Shown: in pieces, positions 1 through 9,321 of the stretch
Layout of the letters: each line of letters opens with the position of its first letter
How positions within the stretch are numbered: position 1 is the stretch's first letter
Assembly (NCBI GenBank): GCA_964654725.1
Contig: CAZZLL010000007.1
Coordinates: 9,734-33,733, forward strand
Direction of reading: 5' to 3'
From: an uncultured Lentimicrobiaceae bacterium
Lineage (GTDB): Bacteria; Bacteroidota; Bacteroidia; Bacteroidales; CAZZLL01
DNA: 24,000 nt
The notes under the pieces: generated by a model
Told to the model about the DNA's origin: nothing
Seen by the model: only the letters and a program-made list of their open reading frames with translations
Databases searched by the model: none
Position numbers and translations under genes: made by a program

Positions 1-240
1 GCAAAACTTGGTGAAGATGTAGCAAAAAATGTTAAAATCCCCATCATTGGAATAGGCGCCGGTTCTGCAGTGGATGGTCAGGTATTAGTATTGCATGATA
101 TGCTCGGGATCACCCAGAAATTCTCCCCCCGCTTTTTACGCCGCTATCACAACCTCAGTAAAGAGATCGTCGGAGCTGTATCTGCATACATAAACGATGT
201 AAAATCCCTCGATTTTCCGAACGAAAAAGAGCAATATTAG
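1..240 (+). CDS. panB: 3-methyl-2-oxobutanoate hydroxymethyltransferase, C-terminal fragment (5' end lies outside the window)
   Basis: Frame 1 is open from base 1 to TAG at 238-240. The translation ...IPIIGIGAGSAVDGQVLVLHDMLGI...SPRFLRRY... matches the conserved PanB C-terminal core (IGIGAG..(C/V)DGQVLV.HD.LG). Confidence 0.85.
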   Translation, partial: AKLGEDVAKNVKIPIIGIGAGSAVDGQVLVLHDMLGITQKFSPRFLRRYHNLSKEIVGAVSAYINDVKSLDFPNEKEQY

Positions 241-257
241 GGATTGTCCAAGGTATT

Positions 258-962
258 ATGAAAAACCAGAGTGTTCCGGAAAATTTAAAAATCCTCTTTG
301 AAGACAACCACCTTATCGCTGTCAATAAACGTGCAGGAGATATTGTTCAGGGAGACAAGACAGGTGATATTCCGCTTACGGATATATTAAAGATGTATTT
401 AAAAGAAAAATATCACAAACCTGGTAATGTATTCCTCGGTCTCATTCACCGGCTGGATCGCCCCGTTAGCGGAGCAGTTATTTTTGCTAAAACCGGAAAA
501 AGCCTGCAGCGAATGAATGAATTGTTTCAAAAGCAAGCAGTAGAGAAAATATATTGGGGCATCGTAAAAAACAAACCACCCAAAACAACGAACCACCTGA
601 TCCATTATCTCATTAAAAATGCGTCAAAAAATAAAGTGTATGTATCTGAAACAGCGCAGGAAAAAAGCCTGAAAGCAGAATTATCATACGAAATAATCAG
701 TGCATCCGAACATTATTATTTGTTAAAGATAAATCTATTTACTGGTCGTCCGCACCAGATCCGGGCACAACTGGCCCATATAGGGTGCCCGCTAAAAGGG
801 GATCTGAAATACGGCTTTAGCAGAAGTAACCCGGATGCCTCCATTAATCTGCATGCCAGGGAAATATCATTTGTTCATCCGGTACAAAAAAAAGGCATAA
901 AACTGATTGCGCCAGTACCAGATGAAAATTTATGGAAATATTTTGAATCAAACCAATCTTAG
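258..962 (+). CDS. RluA-family pseudouridine synthase
   Basis: ATG at 258, 234 aa. It carries the catalytic HRLDRPVSG motif plus the downstream TGRPHQIRAQLA motif typical of RluA/RluD-type synthases. No N-terminal S4 domain is present. Confidence 0.9.
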   Translation: MKNQSVPENLKILFEDNHLIAVNKRAGDIVQGDKTGDIPLTDILKMYLKEKYHKPGNVFLGLIHRLDRPVSGAVIFAKTGKSLQRMNELFQKQAVEKIYWGIVKNKPPKTTNHLIHYLIKNASKNKVYVSETAQEKSLKAELSYEIISASEHYYLLKINLFTGRPHQIRAQLAHIGCPLKGDLKYGFSRSNPDASINLHAREISFVHPVQKKGIKLIAPVPDENLWKYFESNQS

Positions 963-969
963 AAAAATT

Positions 970-1305
970 ATGAGAATGAATAATTATTATTTTATCGGAA
1001 CCCTTGCCATTGCATTCGTTATTATTATTGCAAGCTGGGGATTTAGCCATAAAACAGACAATCAGAGTAGTCAGGAGGTTTTGATGGTACAGGTGTCTTA
1101 TGGTCTGGGAATTTATGTATTTCATGAAACCAAACCACCAGATATAACAGACATTTCCGGGGAGAAAACCAGTCGTGGAGCAATAAAAACAGGACATGAA
1201 GTCTATAAAATTATCCGGGACCTTTATGCTAAAGGGTGGAAAATAGAAAGCACAAGCAGCAATGTGAATTCAGAACGTTACATCTTTGTCAGGAAATATC
1301 AGTAA
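970..1305 (+). CDS. Hypothetical small membrane-anchored protein
   Basis: The track ORF begins at a TTG (907) inside the rluA-like gene. The first ATG after that gene's stop is at 970 (MRMNNYYFIGTLAIAFVIIIASWG...), giving one N-terminal TM helix followed by a ~85-aa soluble domain. I recognise no family. Confidence 0.5.
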   Translation: MRMNNYYFIGTLAIAFVIIIASWGFSHKTDNQSSQEVLMVQVSYGLGIYVFHETKPPDITDISGEKTSRGAIKTGHEVYKIIRDLYAKGWKIESTSSNVNSERYIFVRKYQ

Positions 1306-1323
1306 CCCATTTTCTTATCAGTA

Positions 1324-2808
1324 TTAAAACTCCATGCGTAATACCGGATAAGGATCATAGCTTAAGTAACTAAACTCAGGGTAATACCCCAGTCCGTATA
1401 TAGCATGTGGTTCCAATGCCTGGACTATTTTGTGCCCATTTAATTGCCTGACTGGTACATAGACATAGTCTTCCATTTTTACCTGCACCTTATGCATTCT
1501 CAAGCCTGTTAATTCTTTATTCGGATATCCTTCCAACATAACATCTATCCTTTCATCAGCAATGTATTGCATAACATCTCCACTGATCTCATATACATCC
1601 TCAAATACAAAACCCGATCGCTCCAACCATTTCATCAGCAAAGGCTCTGATCTGGGAATAAGGTAGCCTCTGGGAATTATAACCTCTGCCAGGCTTTTAA
1701 TATCTGTGTGAAAGTTCTCCACAATAAAAACCGTATCATTACCCGTATTCAATGATTTCAAAGGATAGTACAGGGGGATTTCAGACTGAAAATGATCCAT
1801 GCGGACTGAGACCTTGTGATCAGGAGGTAAATCAAGCAGTTTCTCCCGACAGTGGTGCACTATTCGGTTAATTTCCCCGGCCCATTCATTGGCCATACTC
1901 AGGATTCCAAGTGCGGTATAATATTGACTCCAGGCCCTGTTTTTCATATTGCTTAGCGTATCCTCCCCCCTTTTACCTTCTACGATAAAAGACAGGGTAT
2001 TGCATATACCCAGGCTTTGTCTGCCGTCATTAATATCCACTGTACTGTGCCTGAGCCGCTCCCCAGAGGGGAAGTGCCCCAGTGTATATTCGAAAAACGA
2101 ATAACTTTCTTTTTCCACAAAATCTTTCACATACGGAAATGCCATTTCTCTGTACATCGCATATATCTGCGGATCAATATTGATATTGGTAATGCCCCCC
2201 AACTGGATATCAAAATCACGCACATAACCAAATTCTTTCCAGGATTTACTGTAAGGAAAATATTCATGGAAATCCACGGTCACTTCAGGCAGGTATTTCT
2301 GAAATACCCCCTGCACAATCGCTGACTCCGGAGCATTTAAAAGCAGATGATCCCTATTCAGATCAATATCCCTGGCATTCCTACGATGGAAAAGATCACC
2401 CCCATCAGGATTAACCTGTGGAATTACCAGGAGATTGATATGTTCAAATAAATCCTGATGCTCACCAGATGCAATAAATGAAAGAAGAAGAAGCAAGCCT
2501 TCCATACCAGATGGCTCATTGCCGTGTTGTTGCGCAAAGAAAAATACATGAAGCTTTTCCTTCGCAGCCAAATCCTCCATACCAACAGAAATAAGGGGTA
2601 TTGGTTTTCCCATTACGCTATAACCAATCACTTCCGTTTCAATCTTATCGTTCATGGAATCCAGTTTATACACATATTCCATGACCTCAATGTTTTTAGT
2701 CAGTTCATTGTATGAAACCTCTTCAAGAGGTGTCAGCAGTCTGTCAGGCTGGGCATTAAGGCAAGAAGCCCCTAACAGGATCAAAAAGCATAGTTCGAAA
2801 TACCTCAT
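1324..2808 (-). CDS. Secreted M14-family zinc carboxypeptidase
   Basis: 494 aa with an N-terminal signal peptide (MRYFELCFLILLGASCLNAQ). M14 zinc and substrate motifs are present: QQHGNEPSG (HxxE), NPDG, RRNARDIDLNRD and TVDFHEY (third zinc-ligand His). Confidence 0.85.
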   Translation of the reverse strand: MRYFELCFLILLGASCLNAQPDRLLTPLEEVSYNELTKNIEVMEYVYKLDSMNDKIETEVIGYSVMGKPIPLISVGMEDLAAKEKLHVFFFAQQHGNEPSGMEGLLLLLSFIASGEHQDLFEHINLLVIPQVNPDGGDLFHRRNARDIDLNRDHLLLNAPESAIVQGVFQKYLPEVTVDFHEYFPYSKSWKEFGYVRDFDIQLGGITNINIDPQIYAMYREMAFPYVKDFVEKESYSFFEYTLGHFPSGERLRHSTVDINDGRQSLGICNTLSFIVEGKRGEDTLSNMKNRAWSQYYTALGILSMANEWAGEINRIVHHCREKLLDLPPDHKVSVRMDHFQSEIPLYYPLKSLNTGNDTVFIVENFHTDIKSLAEVIIPRGYLIPRSEPLLMKWLERSGFVFEDVYEISGDVMQYIADERIDVMLEGYPNKELTGLRMHKVQVKMEDYVYVPVRQLNGHKIVQALEPHAIYGLGYYPEFSYLSYDPYPVLRMEF

Positions 2809-2840
2809 AATAACAGATTACTCTTTTGTCATACAATATT

Positions 2841-2848
2841 CAAAAGTA
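2841..2848 (-). promoter_or_regulatory. Candidate Bacteroidota -7 promoter box (TACTTTTG on the minus strand) for the M14 peptidase gene
   Basis: Plus-strand CAAAAGTA is minus-strand TAnnTTTG. It lies 33 nt upstream of the ATG at 2808. Confidence 0.4.
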
Positions 2849-2926
2849 GAAAATTATTTATTTCATATTATGATAAACTTTTGAGCTATTTCTTATTGAT
2901 AAAATTCAGAAATTTGCTGGAAAATT

Positions 2927-3979
2927 ATGATGAATCAATCTAAAATCACTTCTACCGGATTTTTATTCGACACTTCTTTTCTGGATCATGACAACCCAAT
3001 ACATCCGGAAAACGCAACACGATTAATAGTGGTGCTTGAATATTTGCAGGAGCTGAATTGGTTTCAGGAACTTACAACTATCAATACAAGGCCTGCTCTT
3101 GCCGAAGAGCTGGCCCGAATTCATTCCGAAACATATATCAATTCCCTGAATTCCATGTGTGAGTCCGGAGATAACTATCTTGACCCAGATACATACCTGA
3201 ACATACAAAGTTTTTTGGTAGCCAGGATGGCAGCAGGTAGTTGTATTGAGCTGGTTACGGAAATTGCTAAAGGGAATATTAAAAACGGAATGGCCCTGTG
3301 CCGACCACCTGGACACCATGCAGAGCGTGATAAAGGCATGGGGTTTTGTCTGCTAAACAACATTGCCATTGCTGCTGAAGCACTCATCCAAACAGAACCC
3401 ATCAATAGAATTGCCATCATTGATTACGATGCACACCATGGTAATGGTATTCAACAAGCATTCTATAAGCGCAGTGATGTTTTGTACATCTCTTCACACG
3501 CATACCCTTTCTTTCCTGGAAGCGGAAATATGGTTGAAAACGGCACAAGCGACGGTCAAGGATATAACATAAATATTTGCCTTCCTCCCGGCAGCGGGCA
3601 CAGCACTGCATTGCAATTTTTTCAGAAGATTGTGATTCCTGCAGTTGAAAGATATCAACCGGATATGATCATCGTAGCAGCAGGATACGATGCTTATTGG
3701 AATGACCCAATGGCTCCCCTGAACTGGAACCTGGATACATTTCTTCAGATTGACCGCCAACTTTTTGATCTTGCTGAGAAAAATTGCCGGGGCAAACTTG
3801 CCTATATCCTAGAAGGTGGTTATGACAGGCATAGCCTGCCTGTTGCCATTTCTAACAGTCTAAGCGTTCTTGCTTCAAAACCAGCAAATAAAGACCCATT
3901 CGGTGCGGCTCCGGGAAGTTCATCAGAGGTTTCTGATGCGTATATAAACGCATTCAGAAAGTTTCATAAAGTGTGCTAA
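2927..3979 (+). CDS. Histone deacetylase-family protein (AcuC / acetylpolyamine amidohydrolase-like deacetylase)
   Basis: 350 aa. Class I/II HDAC active-site motifs are present: CRPPGHHAE, IIDYDAHHGNG (Asp/His zinc ligands) and LEGGY. Confidence 0.9.
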   Translation: MMNQSKITSTGFLFDTSFLDHDNPIHPENATRLIVVLEYLQELNWFQELTTINTRPALAEELARIHSETYINSLNSMCESGDNYLDPDTYLNIQSFLVARMAAGSCIELVTEIAKGNIKNGMALCRPPGHHAERDKGMGFCLLNNIAIAAEALIQTEPINRIAIIDYDAHHGNGIQQAFYKRSDVLYISSHAYPFFPGSGNMVENGTSDGQGYNINICLPPGSGHSTALQFFQKIVIPAVERYQPDMIIVAAGYDAYWNDPMAPLNWNLDTFLQIDRQLFDLAEKNCRGKLAYILEGGYDRHSLPVAISNSLSVLASKPANKDPFGAAPGSSSEVSDAYINAFRKFHKVC

Positions 3980-4131
3980 TAGCCCTGGCAAATTCTTTAT
4001 TCCAAAAAATTAGTATTCATTTGTCTGTATCCATCTGTTAATACAAACCATTCGCCACTAAACATCTTATTCTTAAATTTAGAAAACTTCCTATTTTATT
4101 ATACCTTCACAGCTTACAAACACTATGTTTT

Positions 4132-6993
4132 ATGTGCCGTTTTTGTAGAATAGTATTTATTCTTTTTTCCTTACTTTCTCACACAGAGGGAGCGAAAGCA
4201 CAATACTATATTTCCGGACAGGATGCTGCCTCAGTGAAATGGTGCAAACTAAAAACGAATCATTTTGATATCATTTATCCTGAGAATTTTGAAAAAAAAG
4301 CCCAATTCGTAGCCAATTACCTGGAGGATATTCGTTCTTTGCTCATTCATAGCCTTGAAGGCGATCCTCCACGCATTCCCCTGGTTCTTCATAACGAGAC
4401 TATAGTTTCCAATGCATTTGTGGGATGGGCTCCCAAACGCATGGAATTTTACACCTGTCCGCCACAAGACAGCTATGCACAAGATTGGCTGGAACAACTA
4501 TGTCTGCATGAATACAGACATGTTGTTCACTATCACAAGATGTCTGACGGCCTTGGGAAAATTCTATCATTGTTTTTCGGGGAACAACTTAAACCAGCTA
4601 TGTTAGGCACATTTATTCCCTTCTGGTTTATTGAAGGAGATGCAGTTTTTATGGAAACAGCTTTATCTGATGCAGGAAGAGGTCGTTTGCCTTCCTTTGA
4701 AGCCCCTATTAAAACCCAGGTAAACGAACAGGGACTATATTCATATGATAAAGCTAGTTTAGGAAGTTATAAGGATTATATTCCGGATCGTTATATCCTG
4801 GGATATCATCTGGTGAGTTATGCACGTGGAAAATATGGAGCAAAACTATGGGAAAAAGCTGTTAAAAATACTGCCAGAAATCCCTGGCAGATCACTCCGT
4901 TCTCCCATGGCATTAAAAAAGCAACAGGACAAACAAAAAAGCAATTATATCAGGTGCTGATGGAAGATTTAGACAGTATATGGAAAAAGCAAACAAAAGG
5001 TCAGCAGCTAACTCCTTTTGAGAAGATCCCAAGAGAAATAAAACAGTATACAAATTATTCACAAAGCCAAATCCTGGATACAAATAAGCTTGTCTGCATT
5101 AAATCATCACTTGAAGATATAAAACAAATTGTGCAAATCGACAAAAATGGAGAAGAATCTGTTATCTCCACACCCGGCAGGATGTATGATGATCTTATTT
5201 CAGCCGCCTGCGGAAAAGTGTGCTGGACGGAAGTGATATTTGATCCTCGGTGGGAACATCGAAATTATTCGGTGATAAAAATATGGGACGGAAGCTCAGG
5301 AAAAACCAGGCAGATCAGCAAAAAGAGCAGGTATTTCGCCCCGGCTTTGTCAGCAGATGCCAAAAAAATCGCCTGTATTTCTATTGACCAGCAAAACCAG
5401 TTCAGTTTAGTTCTGCTGGATAGTAAAAAAGGGGAAACCATTCGCACTTTGCCTGTTGAATTCCAACTATTTACTCCTGTCTGGATGCCTGATCAAATAC
5501 ATATCGCCGCCATAGCCTTGTCAGATAATGGCAAGGCACTGGTCACCATCAACAGCATAAATGGCAACATCAAATTTCTGACGAAATTCTCCTTTAGCAA
5601 CATCAGTGAGCCCCGGACTTACCGGAACTATATCTTTTTTAATGGATCATACAGTGGTATTGAGACCATTTATGCATATGATACTACTATTAAGGAAGTA
5701 TTCCGGGTGGTCTCGTCAAAATATGGTGCAAAAGATGCCATCGTTTCTGATGATGGGCAGTTTCTTTATTATTCAGATTACCATGAAAATGGTTATCGCA
5801 TTGTTCGAAGTCGGCTTATTCCCAGGCACTGGGATGCACTGGATAATATTTCTGATAATTCCACCGCCCTTTTTAAAGCTTCTCTGGATGATGAAAATGG
5901 AAAGGCACCAGGCAACATCCTGCCGACACACAAAAAATATTCCTCCGCAAAATACAGGAAATGGCAGCATTTATTTAATTTCCACAGTTGGGCGCCTGTC
6001 TCAATAAATACTGGCAGCCGGGATGTGCTTCCCGGTTTTTCCATTTTTTCTCAAAATACACTGAGCACCTCATTCACAAGCCTGGGCTATGAATATAATC
6101 CTTCGGATGATGAAGGAAACTGGTATGCAGAATACAGCTATCATGGCTGGTATCCTGTGGTTGAATCACGCTTTGAATATGGAAAACGCTCATCCACCTA
6201 TCAGAATCAACAAGGTGAAACCTCAGCTTTTGACTATTATGAAAACCGGATACGGACTTCATTGTCACTTCCCCTGGATTTAACAAATGGGGTTTATTTT
6301 ACAGGGATCCGACCGAAAATACAATTTTCATATATTTTCCTTAAAATGGCTGAAAAATACCCGGTTTTTTTCATTCAGTCGGTTTACAAAACCATAGACT
6401 ACCAGCTTTATGCTTACAGGTTGAGAAAACAAAGCCATCGCGACCTTTACTCAAAATGGGGACAGGTTGTGGAGCTAAACTTCAGGAATGATCCTTTCTC
6501 AGGTCCTGTTACCGGAAAAATAACAGCAGGAGAGACAAACATATACTTTCCCGGATTTTTTAACCACCACGGCTTTAAAATTTACGCCGGTTTTCAGAAA
6601 AAAGAAAAAGGAGTGTACAATTTCCCTGACTATGTCAACTATCCCCGAGGCTATGTGAATGAAACAAATGACAAGTTGCATTCTTTTGCCGCAGATTATT
6701 TTTTCCCGATTGCCTATCCTGATATTAGTTTCGGTTCAATTGTTTATCTGAAAAGGATGAAAGGCCGACTGTTCTGTGATTATGCAGAAGCTGAGGCCAA
6801 TATTACTCAAGAGGCTGATAGATACATTGTTCTCACCAGAAAATACCACTCATATGGTGCTGAGATTCGTTTTGACTTTCACCTGTTTCGGTTTTTAGCA
6901 CCCATTGATGCCGGACTGAGAATGATTCACCTGCCGGCAGAAAATACACAAATGATGGAATTCCTGTTTAGTATAGACTTTAATTCCATTTAA
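4132..6993 (+). CDS. Large secreted multidomain protein: Peptidase_MA-like HExxH domain, PD40/TolB-like beta-propeller repeats, and an aromatic-rich barrel-like C-terminal region
   Basis: ATG at 4132, 953 aa, with a signal peptide (MCRFCRIVFILFSLLSHTEGAKAQ). HEYRH lies at aa 126-130 (nt 4507-4521), followed by PFWFIEGDAVFME, which fits the pattern of MA-clan 'Peptidase_MA_2'-type domains. The middle region has PD40-like repeats (APALSADAKKIACIS; DAIVSDDGQFLYYSD). The last ~350 aa show alternating aromatic/polar strands. Confidence 0.8.
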   Translation: MCRFCRIVFILFSLLSHTEGAKAQYYISGQDAASVKWCKLKTNHFDIIYPENFEKKAQFVANYLEDIRSLLIHSLEGDPPRIPLVLHNETIVSNAFVGWAPKRMEFYTCPPQDSYAQDWLEQLCLHEYRHVVHYHKMSDGLGKILSLFFGEQLKPAMLGTFIPFWFIEGDAVFMETALSDAGRGRLPSFEAPIKTQVNEQGLYSYDKASLGSYKDYIPDRYILGYHLVSYARGKYGAKLWEKAVKNTARNPWQITPFSHGIKKATGQTKKQLYQVLMEDLDSIWKKQTKGQQLTPFEKIPREIKQYTNYSQSQILDTNKLVCIKSSLEDIKQIVQIDKNGEESVISTPGRMYDDLISAACGKVCWTEVIFDPRWEHRNYSVIKIWDGSSGKTRQISKKSRYFAPALSADAKKIACISIDQQNQFSLVLLDSKKGETIRTLPVEFQLFTPVWMPDQIHIAAIALSDNGKALVTINSINGNIKFLTKFSFSNISEPRTYRNYIFFNGSYSGIETIYAYDTTIKEVFRVVSSKYGAKDAIVSDDGQFLYYSDYHENGYRIVRSRLIPRHWDALDNISDNSTALFKASLDDENGKAPGNILPTHKKYSSAKYRKWQHLFNFHSWAPVSINTGSRDVLPGFSIFSQNTLSTSFTSLGYEYNPSDDEGNWYAEYSYHGWYPVVESRFEYGKRSSTYQNQQGETSAFDYYENRIRTSLSLPLDLTNGVYFTGIRPKIQFSYIFLKMAEKYPVFFIQSVYKTIDYQLYAYRLRKQSHRDLYSKWGQVVELNFRNDPFSGPVTGKITAGETNIYFPGFFNHHGFKIYAGFQKKEKGVYNFPDYVNYPRGYVNETNDKLHSFAADYFFPIAYPDISFGSIVYLKRMKGRLFCDYAEAEANITQEADRYIVLTRKYHSYGAEIRFDFHLFRFLAPIDAGLRMIHLPAENTQMMEFLFSIDFNSI

Positions 6994-7060
6994 AATCTTT
7001 CTAATATTCTTTAAATGCTTGATTACAAATCCGATTTTTACGATATTTACCTAAAAAAAT

Positions 7061-7525
7061 ATGCCTAAATTCCGCTTTACTGAAAATCCGGATGAGATTA
7101 AAAGCATTATTGATAAATGCACTGTATGTAATCTCGCCATGATAGATGAAGAAGGTAATCCTTATGTGCTTCCTTTTAACTTTGGTTATAATGATAATAA
7201 GGTATATTTCCATGGCGCCGGCAACGGCAAAAAAATTGATATTTTAAAGAAAAACGGAAATGTCTGCATAAGTTTCTATACCGATGAAACATTGAAGTTT
7301 GTAAATGAAAATGTCGCTTGCAGTTACAGCATGAAATTCAGAAGTGTTATCGCTAATGCCAGAATCAGGTTTATTCAGGATCTTCAGAAAAAAACAGAGG
7401 CGCTAAATATTATTATGCAGCATTATACCAATCAAATTTTCAAATACAATACCCCTGCAGTAAAAGACATCTGCATTTTTGTTGCCGAAATAACGTCAAT
7501 AAAAGGAAAAATAAGCGGTTATTAA
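7061..7525 (+). CDS. Pyridoxamine 5'-phosphate oxidase-family (NimA-like, FMN-binding split-barrel) protein
   Basis: 154 aa. The pattern EGNPYVLPFNFGY...KVYFHGAGNGKK...L..N..VC is typical of the Pyridox_ox_2 family. Confidence 0.8.
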   Translation: MPKFRFTENPDEIKSIIDKCTVCNLAMIDEEGNPYVLPFNFGYNDNKVYFHGAGNGKKIDILKKNGNVCISFYTDETLKFVNENVACSYSMKFRSVIANARIRFIQDLQKKTEALNIIMQHYTNQIFKYNTPAVKDICIFVAEITSIKGKISGY

Positions 7526-7531
7526 GTCCTT

Positions 7532-8635
7532 TTATCGGGCAACAATAATTTTCCTGGAAACCTTTTTATTATTTAAAAGGAGATTTACATAATAAATCCC
7601 GGGGTAAAGGTGCAATGACCGAACATCAAATGTATAATGATAATAAGAGGGCATTTGTACACTGTTTATCAATTCATGCATCTTTTTACCATTGGCATCC
7701 AATATTTCTATCCTTGTACTCATTAAGTCATCAATCTCATAAGACATAGTAATTTCGTAAATAGCAGGATTGGGATAGATTTGAAATCCGTAATCATCTT
7801 CTTCAAAATTAAATCCTGATGTAGAAGGTAAATGGATGAAGTCTACCTTATCTGCATTCATGCTGGGAACGATGAGTGTATCATTTTGCTGGCAATAAAA
7901 AATATCTGCTGGTCCGTTAAAGCCCTGATCAATGGAATCGATAATCATGGAAAGAGCAGGATCTACTTTATAGATTTTATTGTTACCCCAGTTCGAAAAA
8001 TACAGATTGCCATTATTATCCATGGATATACCATCAAGATTATTTACGGATGTATTCAGCACAACACTAAAGTTTCCGGAACCCAGATCCAATTCCTGTA
8101 TGGGTGCATTGGTTCTGAAAGAACAAATTAGCAATCTGTTGTTTGATCCATCGTAATAAAGGCCATTGGGGGCAGAAAGGCCGGGATCAGAGTACGCATT
8201 TACCATTGCATCAGAAGGTATATCGATTTTAAAAATTTTATTCGCAATATTATCACTTGCGTAAAGGTATGCATTATCACATGCAAGGTCATTCAGAAAG
8301 GATGCGCCAGCTACAGCAATGGATCTTACAAGTGTATTGGTATTCAGGTCAATGACACGGATTACTGTTAAATCATTTACATAAAGGGTATCCCCAAGAA
8401 TAACCATTCCTTTGGGAGCATCAACCCCTGAAGATATAAGGTAAGAGAGGCTTAGATCAGTGCGATCAACAGCAAGTATACTTCCTCCTGACATGCCATT
8501 GCCTGCATTGGCAACAATGTATCTGTTGTGTGCGTCATCAAGGATGGCACTTTCAGGACCATTGTAAGTTTGGGAAAAAATAATAATTGGAGTTAAAATA
8601 AAAACAACAAAAAATGCAAAAATTCTGGAAAACAT
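7532..8635 (-). CDS. Secreted beta-propeller (NHL/SMP-30-like) protein with a T9SS C-terminal sorting domain
   Basis: 367 aa with an N-terminal signal peptide. Repeated propeller-like blades are visible (..LYVND.., ..LYASD.., ..GLYYDG.., ..NLYFSNWGNNKIYKVD). The C-terminal ~80 aa carry IYPNPA...GIYYVNLLLNNKKVSRKIIVAR, the type-A T9SS CTD signature. Confidence 0.8.
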   Translation of the reverse strand: MFSRIFAFFVVFILTPIIIFSQTYNGPESAILDDAHNRYIVANAGNGMSGGSILAVDRTDLSLSYLISSGVDAPKGMVILGDTLYVNDLTVIRVIDLNTNTLVRSIAVAGASFLNDLACDNAYLYASDNIANKIFKIDIPSDAMVNAYSDPGLSAPNGLYYDGSNNRLLICSFRTNAPIQELDLGSGNFSVVLNTSVNNLDGISMDNNGNLYFSNWGNNKIYKVDPALSMIIDSIDQGFNGPADIFYCQQNDTLIVPSMNADKVDFIHLPSTSGFNFEEDDYGFQIYPNPAIYEITMSYEIDDLMSTRIEILDANGKKMHELINSVQMPSYYHYTFDVRSLHLYPGIYYVNLLLNNKKVSRKIIVAR

Positions 8636-8712
8636 AAGTTTGTATTTAATTTTGTTTATTCCTGGTTTTTTCTTTCATAAATCTACTGCCAGTGATAGTG
8701 AATAATAAGATG

Positions 8713-8720
8713 CAAATATA
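8713..8720 (-). promoter_or_regulatory. Candidate -7 promoter box (TATATTTG on the minus strand) for the T9SS-cargo gene
   Basis: Plus-strand CAAATATA is minus-strand TAnnTTTG. It lies 78 nt upstream of the ATG at 8635, in the gap after the PAP2 stop codon. Confidence 0.35.
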
Positions 8721-8745
8721 TTATTATCAACAGATTTTTGAACAA

Positions 8746-9321
8746 TTATTCTTTGTTTTGAAAATACCGATTAAGGATATTAGTACTCAGCCAGGCCATC
8801 AGGTAACCAGAAACCCCTCCCAACATGGCCCCTCCCAATACATCTCCCGGGTAATGAACACCAAGGTATATCCGGCTGTAAGCCACAAGACTTGCCCAAA
8901 CAACCAGCAGATATAAAATCCAGGCTTTTGTTTTCTTCAAGATTAGCCCCACATAAACGGCCAGGGCAAAAACATTGGAAGCATGAGAAGAAACAAAGCC
9001 ATAAGCCCCTCCACAGTGATTTTCTACAATATGAACCATTCCCGCCAACTCCTGGCAATGGCAAGGCCGTGGACGTTGTACCCAGTTTTTTATCAGGCTG
9101 GCTGAAATCTGATCCGACAAGGTGATCAAAGCCGCCACAAAAACTATATAAATCAATGAATGCTTTTTATGCTGTCGAATAATAAGAAATAATAGTAAAC
9201 CATACAGGGGAATCCAAATGTACTTGTCGCTAATCCAATACATCACCACATCAAAAAAAGCATTGTGTATTCCATTGAGGAATAAGAAAAGGTTTTTATC
9301 CAACTCCAGAAAAAAATCCAT
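8746..9321 (-). CDS. PAP2-family membrane phosphatase (undecaprenyl-diphosphatase / lipid phosphatase type)
   Basis: 191 aa and polytopic. All three PAP2 motifs are present: KNWVQRPRP (KxxxxxxRP), SSHAS (PSGH-like) and SRIYLGVHYPGDV (SRxxxxxHxxxD). Confidence 0.9.
   Translation of the reverse strand: MDFFLELDKNLFLFLNGIHNAFFDVVMYWISDKYIWIPLYGLLLFLIIRQHKKHSLIYIVFVAALITLSDQISASLIKNWVQRPRPCHCQELAGMVHIVENHCGGAYGFVSSHASNVFALAVYVGLILKKTKAWILYLLVVWASLVAYSRIYLGVHYPGDVLGGAMLGGVSGYLMAWLSTNILNRYFQNKE

Noticed and set aside
844-1197. 117-aa minus-strand ORF overlapping the rluA-like 3' end and the small membrane-protein gene
   Set aside because: It is antisense to two better-supported genes. It has no recognisable motifs and its composition is typical of a shadow frame.
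2927-3979. HDAC-family gene as a candidate for something unusual (a 'histone' deacetylase in a bacterium)
   Set aside because: Bacterial HDAC-like amidohydrolases (AcuC / acetylpolyamine amidohydrolase type) are common and well described. All catalytic motifs are ordinary, and nothing in the sequence or context stands out.
5606-6007. 133-aa plus-strand ORF in an alternate frame inside the 953-aa gene, plus minus-strand ORFs at 5773-5970 and 5793-6044
   Set aside because: They are fully embedded in a long, motif-bearing ORF, and their sequences are low-complexity and Met/Ile-rich. They are most likely frame shadows, and I saw no evidence of a frameshift in the main gene.
8647-8654. Plus-strand TAATTTTG (a TAnnTTTG match) just upstream of 8655
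   Set aside because: No plus-strand gene lies downstream, since the next genes are all on the minus strand. The nearby TTTG at 8639-8642 is far too close to serve as a -33 element. It is probably a chance match in AT-rich DNA.
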